Source: Pseudomonas phage PaBG. From it: DNA of 64,000 nucleotides. Shown here in pieces: positions 1 to 9,602 of the stretch. The translations under genes were made by a program, and so were the position numbers. The notes below the pieces were generated by a model. The model saw only the letters and a list, made by a program, of their open reading frames with translations. It was not told the DNA's origin and ran no database searches. Numbering within the stretch: position 1 is the stretch's first letter; each line of letters starts with the position of its first letter. The stretch lies in the sequence record KF147891.1. One strand, 5' to 3'.

Positions 1-614
1 ATATGGAGGGTCGTCTCGCCGCGCAACACATGCTCACGCACCTTGTCGAAAGTCTGCGCAGGCAGTTGAAGAATCGCACAACGCGGTTGATCCCCTGCCA
101 AGTAGACGATCGGCATACCTACGGCAGCGTGCTTGTTGTCCTGTACGGACAACGCATCCTCAGCACTCCCATTTATCAGAATGGGAGGCAGGCGGAAGGC
201 ACGACGCTCAATGCCGTGAAGCCAGATGGTATTTTTCAACACCACCGTATTTGCACCGAGGCCCAGAGCGAACAGCGGTGCAAATTGTTTGACATCGGAG
301 TAGGCAGCCTTGTTGTCCGCGTAAAACGGCGGGTCACGCAGGAAGCTCGGGATCACATGATCCACTCCGTTGCCGATTGTTTGGATTGTGAAGTAACCGC
401 GCTCGTCCAGAACGAGGTTCTTTGCCCGAGACATCAAGGCATACGCAAACACCAAGCTTCCGCTTATGCCTGCCATGATGTACAGAGCCTCGACTATGAT
501 TGCCAACTCGCTGAACGTCAAACGGCGACGTTCCTCGAACGAATCGATCTGCTTGTTGGCGTAAACAATCGCCGGGGTTATTTCGTGGTCACGCTTTATG
601 CGCTGGGCATTCAT
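1..614 (-). CDS. hypothetical protein with a predicted transmembrane helix; the 3' end is truncated by the window edge
   Basis: The reverse frame is open from ATG (rc of 612-614) to position 1. None of the codons in the same register on the + strand is TTA, CTA or TCA, so there is no stop. It encodes MNAQRIKRDHEITPAIVYANKQIDSFEERRRLTF...LAIIVEALYIMAGISGSLVFAYALM (TM-like). The co-registered + ORF 3..629 is R/C/H-rich antisense junk. All neighbours are on the - strand. Confidence 0.45.
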   Translation of the reverse strand, partial: MNAQRIKRDHEITPAIVYANKQIDSFEERRRLTFSELAIIVEALYIMAGISGSLVFAYALMSRAKNLVLDERGYFTIQTIGNGVDHVIPSFLRDPPFYADNKAAYSDVKQFAPLFALGLGANTVVLKNTIWLHGIERRAFRLPPILINGSAEDALSVQDNKHAAVGMPIVYLAGDQPRCAILQLPAQTFDKVREHVLRGETTLH

Positions 615-625
615 AGATTCACCTG

Positions 626-997
626 TTAGGTTTTTCGCCCTAACTCAGAAGGGTCCGTCCCCTCAGTTATCAGCATGTAAGGACCCTTGTTGTAAGCGGG
701 CGCTAGCATTTTCCGTTTACGTTCCTTTTCCTTCTGCGCCAAGGCTTCGCGGCGCACCATTTCTGGATCGTCCAACTGGACGCATTTACTCGGTTTGGTT
801 TTCCTGGCAGCTTGCGCCGACGGAATAGTTCGAGCTTTGACTGGGTCGTCGTACTCGTATGTTGGTATTTTGTTTACGGAGATTTCCTTGTCACTCGGCT
901 TGTCGCGCTTACGCAGCGCTTTCGCCAGCTTCGCCTGTTCCTGCTCCTCACGGAGTCGTTTGGCTTTCGCTTGTGCTTTGGTCAGTCTCTTGGTCAT
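626..997 (-). CDS. hypothetical lysine-rich protein
   Basis: ORF 626..1126 trimmed to the internal start MTKRLTKAQAKAKRLREEQEQAKLAKALRKRDKP... The upstream N-terminal extension is non-coding-like. Confidence 0.45.
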   Translation of the reverse strand: MTKRLTKAQAKAKRLREEQEQAKLAKALRKRDKPSDKEISVNKIPTYEYDDPVKARTIPSAQAARKTKPSKCVQLDDPEMVRREALAQKEKERKRKMLAPAYNKGPYMLITEGTDPSELGRKT

Positions 998-1310
998 GCC
1001 CTGTCTCAGCCATGATGGTAGAAAAACACGACGGTGCAAAGCCGCCGCATTGTTTACGCAACGACTCCTTCTGCTTATGGCTAATAGCGATGATGTCGTG
1101 TGCGTGCTCCAGGTACGTCGCAACATTTGGCGAGTTGTCTGCGATGAAGCCCCAGAGCTTCCCGTGCTCTACTACAGCTTCCGCTGGAGCGGGAAGATCG
1201 TTGACCAGCACCAGTTTTGCCATGGTGTCGGTCGGAATGCTCAGGTAATACTGGTCGGCGAGAGCAGGCTGTGCTGAAACAATCGCCAGTGCAATAATCA
1301 GATTGCGCAT
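948..1310 (-). CDS. hypothetical secreted protein (signal peptide)
   Basis: N-terminus MRNLIIALAIVSAQPALA is a typical Sec signal. The 3' end overlaps the next gene. Confidence 0.45.
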   Translation of the reverse strand: MRNLIIALAIVSAQPALADQYYLSIPTDTMAKLVLVNDLPAPAEAVVEHGKLWGFIADNSPNVATYLEHAHDIIAISHKQKESLRKQCGGFAPSCFSTIMAETGHDQETDQSTSESQTTP

Positions 1311-1375
1311 GTTCGAGTCCTTGAAACGATGAGTGGACCTCTCGGTCCACTCGGTTGAGCCTTTCGGCCGCTAAC

Positions 1376-1588
1376 TTAGCCCCACGTGGTGCGTCGTCCG
1401 GAACTGCCCAGTTGGGTCAGTTTGTCGTTCATGACGACGCGGTTCGCATTACGAGGTGCCTTCTTTACCTTGGACGAAGTACCTTGAGGTACCTGCCCGG
1501 TAGTTTGTCGAATGTGCCTCTCAAGGAGAAGAATCTCCCGTTGAAGTTCATCGAGCGTTGGGTCCGCCACAAACTCATCGGCACTCAT
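1376..1588 (-). CDS. hypothetical small protein
   Basis: 70-aa ORF in the leftward early block. Confidence 0.35.
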   Translation of the reverse strand: MSADEFVADPTLDELQREILLLERHIRQTTGQVPQGTSSKVKKAPRNANRVVMNDKLTQLGSSGRRTTWG

Positions 1589-1645
1589 ATCGTCTCCCCA
1601 TGACGGTTGTGGAGAGGCGAGCCTTAACCCGCCTCTCGTGGCGGA

Positions 1646-2071
1646 TTAGTTTGCAGCTTGCTTCGACGCGGCCTTGGCTGCCGGCTTGGCAGTTGGCTTG
1701 GTGGCTTTGGCCGGCAGCGGCTTGGCCACGGTCTTCTTGCCGACGCTCGGCTTGGCTGCCGGCTTGGTGGCTTTAGCCGGCAGCGGCTTGGCTACTTTCT
1801 TGGCTTCGGGCTTGGCAGCCGGCTTGACTGCCGGAACCTTCTTCACCGGCTTGGCAGCCACGGTGTTCGCGGCCTTGGTGGCAGCTTGTGCCTTGGTCAG
1901 CACGGCTTGCACGCCGTTGATGGCCTTGTCGAGTTCGTGCTGGGCGGCAACCAGTTTCTTCTCCAGTGCCGCCACGTTCTTCACGGCGCGAGTGTAGTTG
2001 CGACCGGCGGCGTCCAGTTCTTTGCGGACAGCTTTCGCGGAGGTCAGAGCTTGTTCGATTTTCTGAGTCAT
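1646..2071 (-). CDS. AlgP/histone H1-like KPAA-repeat protein
   Basis: Internal start MTQKIEQALTSAK preceded by aaggaa. C-terminus has repeated PAKATKPAAKP / KPLPAKATKP units, as in Pseudomonas AlgP and H1-like tails. Overlapping + ORFs 1658..2311 and 1674..1997 are repeat-induced. Confidence 0.55.
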   Translation of the reverse strand: MTQKIEQALTSAKAVRKELDAAGRNYTRAVKNVAALEKKLVAAQHELDKAINGVQAVLTKAQAATKAANTVAAKPVKKVPAVKPAAKPEAKKVAKPLPAKATKPAAKPSVGKKTVAKPLPAKATKPTAKPAAKAASKQAAN

Positions 2072-2150
2072 GTTCGATGTTCCTTTATGTTGGTATTCAA
2101 ACTGTGCGCCACATGCACACATCGAGTGGCACCCGAAGATGCCACTGAAT

Positions 2151-2375
2151 CTATGCAGGCTGGGCAATCGTGTCCGCTGCGGCGAGAACCGCGTCTACAA
2201 ACTTTTTGCGTGCCCGTTGTTCAAGCAGGTTTCTCTTGGCGTGGGTGGTGTCCAACTTCTGGAGTTCCTCCAACTTCACCAGTTGTGCCCAAAGAAACGT
2301 GGCTTGTATAGGTCCGAGTTGGCATCGCACACTTCCGTTGGTGCTATCGAACGTCACTGTTACATGCTGCGTCAT
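2151..2375 (-). CDS. hypothetical small early protein
   Basis: Start MTQHVTVTF with SD gaggt. First gene after early promoter cassette A. Confidence 0.45.
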   Translation of the reverse strand: MTQHVTVTFDSTNGSVRCQLGPIQATFLWAQLVKLEELQKLDTTHAKRNLLEQRARKKFVDAVLAAADTIAQPA

Positions 2376-2432
2376 CTTAACCTCAACTAAGTCCGTAACC
2401 ACTATCGCTACAGCACATGCTGCTAACGTGAT

Positions 2433-2468
2433 GTCATTATAGCATACCGGCGGTACCCACGTGAAGGC
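2433..2468 (-). promoter_or_regulatory. sigma70-type early promoter cassette A (leftward)
   Basis: On the - strand: TTCACG-N18-TGcTATAAT (extended -10). It is followed by a conserved leader with hairpin cagcaTGtgctg and SD gaggt. Paralogous to cassettes at 6.1 and 12.8 kb. Confidence 0.55.
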
Positions 2469-2485
2469 GTTTAGTGGTTATGTTT

Positions 2486-3367
2486 TTAGCTCAGGTATTT
2501 GACGTACCGACTTACGGTGCTGCGAATCGCGTTGGCTTCTAATGCTTTACAGATGAAGTGGATCATCTTGGTATCTGGTTTCCCAGGCACCAGCTTCGAC
2601 AACTTGATCGGCATGATGTCTCGATGAATCGTAACCAGACGCCGGATGAGGCGGAACCGTTCGCGTGCTGCCTCGAAGTTTGCGCGTTGGGTCTTGTTGA
2701 GCACTGAGAGGTCAGCGTCCTCGATACGCTTCGACGTAGCCACGAGTTTGACGATAGCCGCAGGGCCGATTGCTTCGACGCCTGGAATGTTGTCCACCTT
2801 GTCACCTTGCATCATCAACATGCACGGGATGCGGCTTGGCTTAACCAGATAGTGCTCAGCGCAATTCTTGCGCGTGATTTCCAGGTAGTCTTTAGTGTCC
2901 TGCTGGTATTTCAGCAGAGTCACCTTGCCCTTGTCGAGAAGCTGGGCCATGTCCTTGTCGTTGCTGACAATCTCGACCTCCATGTCAGCTTCAACACCCA
3001 GGCGAGTCAACGTGCCGATGATGTCATCCGCCTCGACGCCAGCTTTGTGTACCACCTTGATCCCCATTGCGGTCAGCAGATCATACATGGGCTTGCGCTG
3101 CGGTATCAGGCGAGCTTGCTGCTCAGGGTCTTTCTCTCGATTGCCCTTGTATGCCTTGAATATCTTGTGGCGGTGCGTCGGTGCTTTGCGGTCCATGACG
3201 AACGCAATGTGCGTTGGTTGGCGAGCCAACACGACACTCACCACGATGTTGACGACGCCTTTGATTGCGTTGGTGTGGAACCCTTTCGAGGTCACCAGCT
3301 GAGGTACGGCAAAGAAGGCACGCATCAACACGTTCGAGCCGTCGAAGATCAGGAGCTTCTGTTTCAT
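2486..3367 (-). CDS. 5'-3' exonuclease / flap endonuclease (Pol I 5' nuclease, T5 D15 / T4 RNase H family)
   Basis: N-terminus MKQKLLIFDGSNVLMRAFFA and the GVEADDIIGTL motif are hallmark FEN/5'-3' exonuclease motifs. Confidence 0.85.
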   Translation of the reverse strand: MKQKLLIFDGSNVLMRAFFAVPQLVTSKGFHTNAIKGVVNIVVSVVLARQPTHIAFVMDRKAPTHRHKIFKAYKGNREKDPEQQARLIPQRKPMYDLLTAMGIKVVHKAGVEADDIIGTLTRLGVEADMEVEIVSNDKDMAQLLDKGKVTLLKYQQDTKDYLEITRKNCAEHYLVKPSRIPCMLMMQGDKVDNIPGVEAIGPAAIVKLVATSKRIEDADLSVLNKTQRANFEAARERFRLIRRLVTIHRDIMPIKLSKLVPGKPDTKMIHFICKALEANAIRSTVSRYVKYLS

Positions 3368-3654
3368 TGGATGGTGTACCACTTTGGTATGTACATGCGC
3401 CGACGTGCGTTCGCCTCAATCAGGAAGAAGTCTCCGTCATCGGAGAGCACTTCTATCTCACCGAGAAAAGCTGGAACGCACCGTTGGGATAGGCGGATGT
3501 TGCGGATGGTGTTGTTGTCGCTCTCAGCGATTGCGCGTGCATACTCCACCCAATGCTCAGGTGTTTTGCACGCGAATCCCTCGACAGTGATCACCACTGG
3601 CTGCGGTGGTTGAATTACGACAACCATCAACAGCGCAACCAGAAAGAGTCTCAC
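3364..3654 (-). CDS. hypothetical membrane/secreted protein
   Basis: Hydrophobic N-terminus MRLFLVALLMVVVI. Confidence 0.4.
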   Translation of the reverse strand: MRLFLVALLMVVVIQPPQPVVITVEGFACKTPEHWVEYARAIAESDNNTIRNIRLSQRCVPAFLGEIEVLSDDGDFFLIEANARRRMYIPKWYTIQ

Positions 3655-4064
3655 GGCTGAGCCTGCAAGGCACGCTCCCAGAGCAACGTCTGCGGGCCGG
3701 CCTTATCGAAATAGTTGGGAGAGCTGTACATGACCTTGGCGTCCTGTACGAACTCGATCACGAACAGCGTGCCGTTGAGGGTGCGAATAGGCGCATACCC
3801 GAGAACGTCGAGCGGGTGGGTGTTGTTCAGGAAGCGGCAGCGATTGGCCTTTCGGGCATCACGCACGAATTGCACAAACTCTGCGCTCTGGTTGTTGCCG
3901 GCGAGAGCAACGATGGCTTTGGCGTCCACAGAGGCATCACACACGATGGCATCGGGATTACCCGTGTCGGCAAAGGCAGGTATCGGCGTGAAAGACGAAT
4001 CGCCTTTGGGTTGAGTAGCGCAAGCAGCAAGCGCAATGGTAGCAAGCAAAGCCAACTTTTTCAT
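3651..4064 (-). CDS. putative lipoprotein
   Basis: Internal start MKKLALLATIALAAC. Signal peptide plus lipobox LAAC. Confidence 0.55.
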   Translation of the reverse strand: MKKLALLATIALAACATQPKGDSSFTPIPAFADTGNPDAIVCDASVDAKAIVALAGNNQSAEFVQFVRDARKANRCRFLNNTHPLDVLGYAPIRTLNGTLFVIEFVQDAKVMYSSPNYFDKAGPQTLLWERALQAQP

Positions 4065-4065
4065 G

Positions 4066-4287
4066 TTATTCCTCGTCCGAATGTTCTGCAATTGTTTGTG
4101 GCGTGATCATGGCCACCTGCACCCAATGAGCGATGACCAGAGTAACGACCAGAGCTGCGCACAGTGCGAGCCTTGGAACCGACGGGTCGGGCGTCTGTTC
4201 AAGCACGCCGAAGATAATCAGTAACGCCATCAGGTACATCATGGCGTAGTAGCGGTGTACGATAAACTTCAGGCTTGGTCGGTTCAT
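4066..4287 (-). CDS. hypothetical small membrane protein
   Basis: 73 aa with two hydrophobic segments. Confidence 0.4.
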   Translation of the reverse strand: MNRPSLKFIVHRYYAMMYLMALLIIFGVLEQTPDPSVPRLALCAALVVTLVIAHWVQVAMITPQTIAEHSDEE

Positions 4288-4300
4288 GTTCGTGTGATGC

Positions 4301-5110
4301 CTAGAGAATGTTCCATATACGATCGTGGATAGACCACAGGGCGAAAGCCTCGGGTTTGGCTTTCTTTCTGTGCCTGTTGATCACTGCTGGGATGTGAGGC
4401 ACGTTGCGTTTCGAGTGAGCGCGTCGCGCCTCTTTGTAGCTATTGTATTCACGGCTCGGCGGGTAGCCATCGAGTTCGATGGTGTACGTCGCCTTGTCCT
4501 TCTTGTCGAGCCGATCCTGTGCGTCGTCATGCAACGTCGTGAAGTAGTTGAGACGGTTGCGGTAGCGACCACGAGTTGCAGCCACGCGAGCCTCGTATTC
4601 CCGCTCCAGCGAATCGAGCTCCTCGATCATCTGCGCGTGCAGGTCAGCCTTCAGGTTGGTCAACGTCTTCGGATCGAGCGCTGCAATGTACTCAGCAAAC
4701 GCCAGATCAAGTTTGCGCTGGTTGGGCTTGCACCAGTGAGCCAGTGCATCAGAGAACGAGCCGACAAACAAGCCGCCTGCAAACTCACCAGACATTCGGA
4801 AGACCCCGACTGCCCACTGGGTGGCTGCGTTCTTGATCGGCAGGTCGAAGCCCTGTGGCGGGGCATTACCGCGGAACAGGGCGAACACCAGGTCGCTGTC
4901 GAACGGCCGCAGCTTGAACACTGGGCTCGGCTTACCGCGCTGCGCAAACACAGCATCTACGCACACGGAAAACGGCTCGTCTAAGCGAAGGTCTTCCCAG
5001 TAGTTGTTTGGCCAGTCAAGCGGAGTTCGCGCCTTGAGGAGAGCACTCTGGCCGAGCCTGTTCAACAGGGCGGAGTGCGTTTGCGCAACCGAGAGAGACT
5101 TGAGTTTCAT
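4301..5110 (-). CDS. hypothetical protein
   Basis: 269-aa ORF in the leftward block. No recognisable motifs. Confidence 0.5.
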   Translation of the reverse strand: MKLKSLSVAQTHSALLNRLGQSALLKARTPLDWPNNYWEDLRLDEPFSVCVDAVFAQRGKPSPVFKLRPFDSDLVFALFRGNAPPQGFDLPIKNAATQWAVGVFRMSGEFAGGLFVGSFSDALAHWCKPNQRKLDLAFAEYIAALDPKTLTNLKADLHAQMIEELDSLEREYEARVAATRGRYRNRLNYFTTLHDDAQDRLDKKDKATYTIELDGYPPSREYNSYKEARRAHSKRNVPHIPAVINRHRKKAKPEAFALWSIHDRIWNIL

Positions 5111-5153
5111 TCGTAACCCTCAAAAGGCGACCCGAAGGCCGCCCAAGCGTATG

Positions 5154-6077
5154 TTAGAAGAGGAGTGTCCAGACGCAGCGCTCGGCGTCATACGTGGCGT
5201 ACTTGTGCCAAACGCCAGCGCCGTCTACGTCTGTCTCTTTTACAGTCCACAAGATCGTGGCGTCGATCATGCCGTGCTCACGTTCGTGGCGAGCCATCAG
5301 GCCGCGCACGCTCTTGACCGCAGTTGTGCGCAGAGGCGTCTTGTCATTGTTCGATCCGAGCACCAGACCGTACACGCGCGTGGCGTCATTCTCTTCCTGC
5401 CACTGCGCCTCTTCCGCATGAATCAACTGCGCCTGTTGTGCGGCCCACTGTTCGATCAGCTTTTTCCGCTGGGTGCGCCACTCCTCATCCAGCTTCTGGA
5501 GTTTGTGGTCACGATGCACGGTCACCGACTTGTTCATCTTTGGTAGCAAGCCCGAAGTCTCTTCGGCCATTTGTTTGCGCACCAGCTTTATCAGGTCAGC
5601 GTGCGAGGCGTTGATGAACTCGTACAGGCAATGGTCCCAGTCGCCCATGAAAACGTGGGCTTGTTCGTTGTTGTTGCTTACGTCAACCACAACCCAGCCG
5701 TACTCATTCATGTTGGTACTGTTGGGATTGACACACATGGTGGGCGCCAATGCAGCGCGCTGGTGAAGTGAGTCACTCCACGGAAACACGGAAGCGGCAC
5801 CACGAAGTTCGCAGTTGCTCGGCATCAGGTAGCGAGTGTGCGACCAGAGCGAACGCCAGAAGGCGTGGACAATGTCGCCGTCGATGTTGTACCAGCGGTC
5901 CCGCGTTGGGAAGCCGATTGGGGTACGCAGGTCGAAAGCCGCCTGCTCTGGTGCTTTCGTACCGTGGTAGCCTGCACGAACCAGATTGCCGTCAGGCAGT
6001 GCGAACACTCCCATCAGCTCGCACAGGCTTTCCGGAGTTTCGTAACCGCTAGTGTCTACAGTCGCACGTTCAGTCAT
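5154..6077 (-). CDS. hypothetical protein
   Basis: Start MTERATV after SD gaggt. First gene after promoter cassette B. Confidence 0.5.
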   Translation of the reverse strand: MTERATVDTSGYETPESLCELMGVFALPDGNLVRAGYHGTKAPEQAAFDLRTPIGFPTRDRWYNIDGDIVHAFWRSLWSHTRYLMPSNCELRGAASVFPWSDSLHQRAALAPTMCVNPNSTNMNEYGWVVVDVSNNNEQAHVFMGDWDHCLYEFINASHADLIKLVRKQMAEETSGLLPKMNKSVTVHRDHKLQKLDEEWRTQRKKLIEQWAAQQAQLIHAEEAQWQEENDATRVYGLVLGSNNDKTPLRTTAVKSVRGLMARHEREHGMIDATILWTVKETDVDGAGVWHKYATYDAERCVWTLLF

Positions 6078-6135
6078 ATCTAACCTCATCTAAGTCCATA
6101 ACCAATATACAATACAAGCATGATGCTTGCCCGTG

Positions 6136-6170
6136 CTCAGTATAACACACCGGCGGATGAGTGTCGATGG
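6136..6170 (-). promoter_or_regulatory. sigma70-type early promoter cassette B (leftward)
   Basis: On the - strand: TCGACA-N17-TGtTATACT (5/6 match to the -35 consensus, extended -10). The leader with hairpin caagcATCATgcttg and SD is conserved with cassette A. Confidence 0.6.
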
Positions 6171-6203
6171 AGATAGCGGTTATGTTTATAGCGCAGGTAA
6201 CGA

Positions 6204-6230
6204 CAAACCCCGACACTAGGCCGGGGTTTG
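6204..6230. terminator. intergenic stem-loop (terminator-like hairpin)
   Basis: 9-bp stem caaaccccg/cggggtttg with 9-nt loop. Lies between the upstream gene stop (6466) and promoter B. Same hairpin family as 12079-12095. Confidence 0.4.
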
Positions 6231-6465
6231 TTTGATCACAGTTCGCGCAGTTCGCGCTGGATTTCACGATCAGCAATGCGGCGCTCCGCTCTATGGCAGA
6301 GGGTCTTGAGTTCGCGCCCGTAGCCGATGCTACTGAACGGGCGACGACTCCAGAACTCGCCGGGTTGTTTGCTGCCGTGTTTGGTTCTGCTCATGGTGGT
6401 TCTCCGAATATGACGGGAATGTCATATTCGGATAGTACGGTTGGTCATAGCGGACCTCCTTGGTG

Positions 6466-6951
6466 TTATATCACGTTGCCGACATCGATGTTCTTCTGCG
6501 ACGCGAAGTCAGCAGGTCGCTTGTACTGTTCCTGCGGAATGTGACGGCCGTCTTCGTCGAGGTAACCCCACTCGTACTCTTTGGGCTTGCGTGGATGAAC
6601 GATGATCGTCCAGACGCCGCCCTTGGGGATACTGATGATGCGATGATAGCGCAGCCGTGCGATGTTGCACCAGCGGAACGCGGTGTGCAGCACCTCGCGA
6701 GTCACAGGCTTTTGACAATCGCAGTCGGGCACAGTGACGACCTGCTCCTCGACATACCAGCCTTTGACAACCATCGACTTGAACCCGTACGGGTGGTTGT
6801 GATGGATGCGAGTGTCGACCATCTTGATGTGGTGCAGCCGCACGCAAAACGGCAGATTCCACTCAGGCGGTACGATGTACCAGCGGTCCATGTAGCGACC
6901 GATGTTACGGTTGCGGTGCAGACCAATCAGTGCTTTGAATTTTTGCAACAT
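6466..6951 (-). CDS. hypothetical protein (His-rich HHxxxxxxHHNH segment)
   Basis: ORF 6466..7158 trimmed to the first ATG (MLQKFKALIGL...), which abuts the stop of the upstream gene. The GTG-started extension looks non-coding. Confidence 0.45.
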   Translation of the reverse strand: MLQKFKALIGLHRNRNIGRYMDRWYIVPPEWNLPFCVRLHHIKMVDTRIHHNHPYGFKSMVVKGWYVEEQVVTVPDCDCQKPVTREVLHTAFRWCNIARLRYHRIISIPKGGVWTIIVHPRKPKEYEWGYLDEDGRHIPQEQYKRPADFASQKNIDVGNVI

Positions 6952-6956
6952 TCTGA

Positions 6957-7475
6957 TCACCCCAGGTAATGCGCTTTGCCGCAGTTGCACGGCTTTGGCG
7001 ACACGGCCTTCTTGACTTCGGTGAACAGCTTGTTGGTGGAAGACACGGAGAAATACGCATCGGTATTCACGCCGTTCTTCTCGCGGTAGCGGCGGTTCAC
7101 ATCCGCGCTGTTGAACATCGCGCCGTACGGCCACGATTGCTGATTCGCCTTTTCCCACATCGGGATGTCGAAGGCTTCCCGCTCGATTGCGCTCAGTTGG
7201 CTGGGTGCAACCTTCTGGTCGACCTTGGCACGGTTGGCTTTCAGCAAGCGGCCGTTGTCGGAGACCATCATCATTGCAGACATTTCGATCTTGCTATTGA
7301 TGATGGTGTACGAAACGCTGTCTCTCGACTCCTTGCGGATTGCAGGAACCTTGAACCAGGTGTCGCCGGTGAATTGGTGCTCAGGAATTTCCGGGCAGTA
7401 CCAGTTACGCATGAACACATACAGGACGGAGTTGAACTCCAAGCCCTGCGGATTGTCGTGTACATAGATCATCAC
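6957..7475 (-). CDS. hypothetical protein
   Basis: 172-aa ORF. Confidence 0.5.
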   Translation of the reverse strand: MMIYVHDNPQGLEFNSVLYVFMRNWYCPEIPEHQFTGDTWFKVPAIRKESRDSVSYTIINSKIEMSAMMMVSDNGRLLKANRAKVDQKVAPSQLSAIEREAFDIPMWEKANQQSWPYGAMFNSADVNRRYREKNGVNTDAYFSVSSTNKLFTEVKKAVSPKPCNCGKAHYLG

Positions 7476-7981
7476 GTTACCTCAAATGGGAGGAAGACAG
7501 GCCGACGGCCAGCTCCGATAAAGAGCGCGCACGGGTCCATTGAATAGGAGTAGTGCGCGTAGTTCGTGATGCGTCTAACTTCAAGCACTTCCAAGTGGTC
7601 GTACTCTTTGACGCCGTTGTTGAAACGCAGGCCGTTGTACACCTGGCACGGCTGCACTTCGATCAGATGGTGAGAGTTCAGGCGGACGTGGCGTATCGAG
7701 GTCATGAACGACACGATCTGCCCATTCGACTCCCGCATCCGAAGCGCGTAGGCTTCACTGCCGAACGCGCCTATCTGGATACGCACAGCAATCTCGCCGT
7801 CTGGCCCAAGCACGCGATGGACGTGGTTGTTGGGTTTCGACATAGCGAGTTCGCTGACACGAATCGGTGTGCCATTCGGGCGGAGCACGAAGCATCCGCC
7901 GCAAATGGTGTTCTGACTCAGAGGCATCGGGCGCAGCGATTGCAGGTTTACGCCTTTGTTGAAGCCATTGGTGAGCGGCAT
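7472..7981 (-). CDS. hypothetical protein
   Basis: Trimmed to MPLTNGF, immediately after the topo A-subunit stop. Confidence 0.45.
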   Translation of the reverse strand: MPLTNGFNKGVNLQSLRPMPLSQNTICGGCFVLRPNGTPIRVSELAMSKPNNHVHRVLGPDGEIAVRIQIGAFGSEAYALRMRESNGQIVSFMTSIRHVRLNSHHLIEVQPCQVYNGLRFNNGVKEYDHLEVLEVRRITNYAHYSYSMDPCALFIGAGRRPVFLPFEVT

Positions 7982-7985
7982 GATG

Positions 7986-9602
7986 TCAGGCAAACTCCAG
8001 GCCAGACTTGTTCTTGTCAGGGTTCTTGAGGTACGACTTGACGCGAGCTTCGGTGTCACGCGCTGCTCGGGCACCCGGGGCCTTGAGGTCTTTGGCGAGC
8101 TGCTTCAATTCGTCCTTGAGCTCCTTGATCTTCTCCTTGAGCGCGGCCGCTTCCAACTTGGCAAGCTGGCGAACTTTTCGGTCGAGGATGATGATCGCGT
8201 CTTCGACCGGAATCTTCAACGCCTTGGCGAGTGCTGCGTTCGGGTCGTTGCTCACCAAAACTTTCGGCAATGCCTTGAGCAGTTGCTCCATGTTCTCGAC
8301 GGCGAACAGGTAGACCTCGTTGATGTGCAGGTCACGCTCAGCGCGCTTGGTCAGATACTTGATCAGCCGCACTTCCAGCTTGGTGCGATAGTTGATCCAC
8401 TTGGTGAAGAAGTCCACGTAGTTCAGGTACTTGAACTCGTTCGCCTCTTCCGCCTTACGGATCGTGACACCCAGGCGGTAGTTCACGGAGCTGGTGGTTG
8501 CCTTCTCAACGGCTTCCACGATGTCAGCGAAGCGATCCTCGCCGACGTTGCGACCGCACTCGACGATGAACAGGGCGCCGTACGGACCAGAGCCCTTCGA
8601 CTTCTTGCCCTGCTTGGAAAAGGTCTTCTTCACGCCGTTGATGGCGCTCAACTTCTCCAGGGTCTTGTCGATGGTCTTGGTCGACGACAGGCCTGCGGGT
8701 ACGAACGAGCGAATCTGGATCGTGCGGGTTTTGAAGTCCGCATTCATCAGCGGTGCGTACACGATGTTGCCGCGGCCGGTCTTGAGCATTTCGGCGAACT
8801 GGCTGCCGGCAGTGATGTCCTCGCAACCGAACGGGTGCTGAATCTTCAACACCTTGGCGAGTTGCTTGGCGTTGAACTCCTTGCCGTTCAGCATATCGAT
8901 GACGACGCGCGCCACAGACTTGAACGAGAAGCTCGGGTTGCCAGCGCGCACGCCGTACGCAGGTGCAGGCACGTTGCCGTTAAACAGCACGTACGGGAGC
9001 AGCGCAGGCAGGAACAGCGGGATCACGTCGTCGCCGGAGAAGTTGGGGACTTTCGGCACGACTTCCAGGTACTTGGTGTCCAGCAGGAACATGTGCGAGA
9101 ACTTCGACATCCGCGCTTCGGTGTAACGCTGTGCGGCTGCCGGGTTGATCGGAGTACCCCAGTTACCCTGACCATCGACAGCAGGCGGCATGGTGTTCGC
9201 AATCGTCACCATCGCACCGTATGCTGCGGCGTCGCCGTGCGGGTGGTACTTACCGATGGTGTCACCGACAGTACGTGCCGACTTCTTGTAGCCGCTCGAC
9301 GGACGCAACGACAGACCAGCGAGCGACCAGAGCAGCGAACGGTGAACTGGCTTCAACCCGTCACGGATGTCAGGCACAGCACGGTCTTCAACCACGTAGC
9401 TGCCGTAGGTGAACATGGCTTCGGCAGTGTACTGATCGATGGTGGTGGTCTGCACGGTGTTTGCTTTCAACGGAAAGCGGTCTTCGGCATGCAGTACCTT
9501 GCCTTTGCCTTTCTTCACCTTCTTGTTGCTGACTTCAATCTGCACGTCAGCAGCAGCAGCGCCGCGGGTTTTTTCTTTCTTGGTTTTCTTGACCTTGGCC
9601 AT
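7986..9602 (-). CDS. type II DNA topoisomerase, GyrA/ParC-like subunit (T4 gp52-like)
   Basis: DGLKPVHRSLLWSL and YHPHGDAAAYGAMV match the GyrA breakage-reunion motifs (DGLKPVHRR / YHPHGD). The ORF at 7956..9746 on the + strand is an antisense artefact. Confidence 0.8.
   Translation of the reverse strand: MAKVKKTKKEKTRGAAAADVQIEVSNKKVKKGKGKVLHAEDRFPLKANTVQTTTIDQYTAEAMFTYGSYVVEDRAVPDIRDGLKPVHRSLLWSLAGLSLRPSSGYKKSARTVGDTIGKYHPHGDAAAYGAMVTIANTMPPAVDGQGNWGTPINPAAAQRYTEARMSKFSHMFLLDTKYLEVVPKVPNFSGDDVIPLFLPALLPYVLFNGNVPAPAYGVRAGNPSFSFKSVARVVIDMLNGKEFNAKQLAKVLKIQHPFGCEDITAGSQFAEMLKTGRGNIVYAPLMNADFKTRTIQIRSFVPAGLSSTKTIDKTLEKLSAINGVKKTFSKQGKKSKGSGPYGALFIVECGRNVGEDRFADIVEAVEKATTSSVNYRLGVTIRKAEEANEFKYLNYVDFFTKWINYRTKLEVRLIKYLTKRAERDLHINEVYLFAVENMEQLLKALPKVLVSNDPNAALAKALKIPVEDAIIILDRKVRQLAKLEAAALKEKIKELKDELKQLAKDLKAPGARAARDTEARVKSYLKNPDKNKSGLEFA

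Noticed and set aside
3-629. + strand ORF of 208 aa at the left edge
   Set aside because: Arg/Cys/His-rich composition typical of antisense reading. The co-registered - strand frame is open through the whole region and encodes a protein with a TM helix. All neighbouring genes are on the - strand.
1658-2311. + strand ORFs overlapping the KPAA-repeat gene (1658..2311, 1674..1997)
   Set aside because: Repeat-induced open frames (GLA/LG repeats) antisense to the AlgP-like gene.
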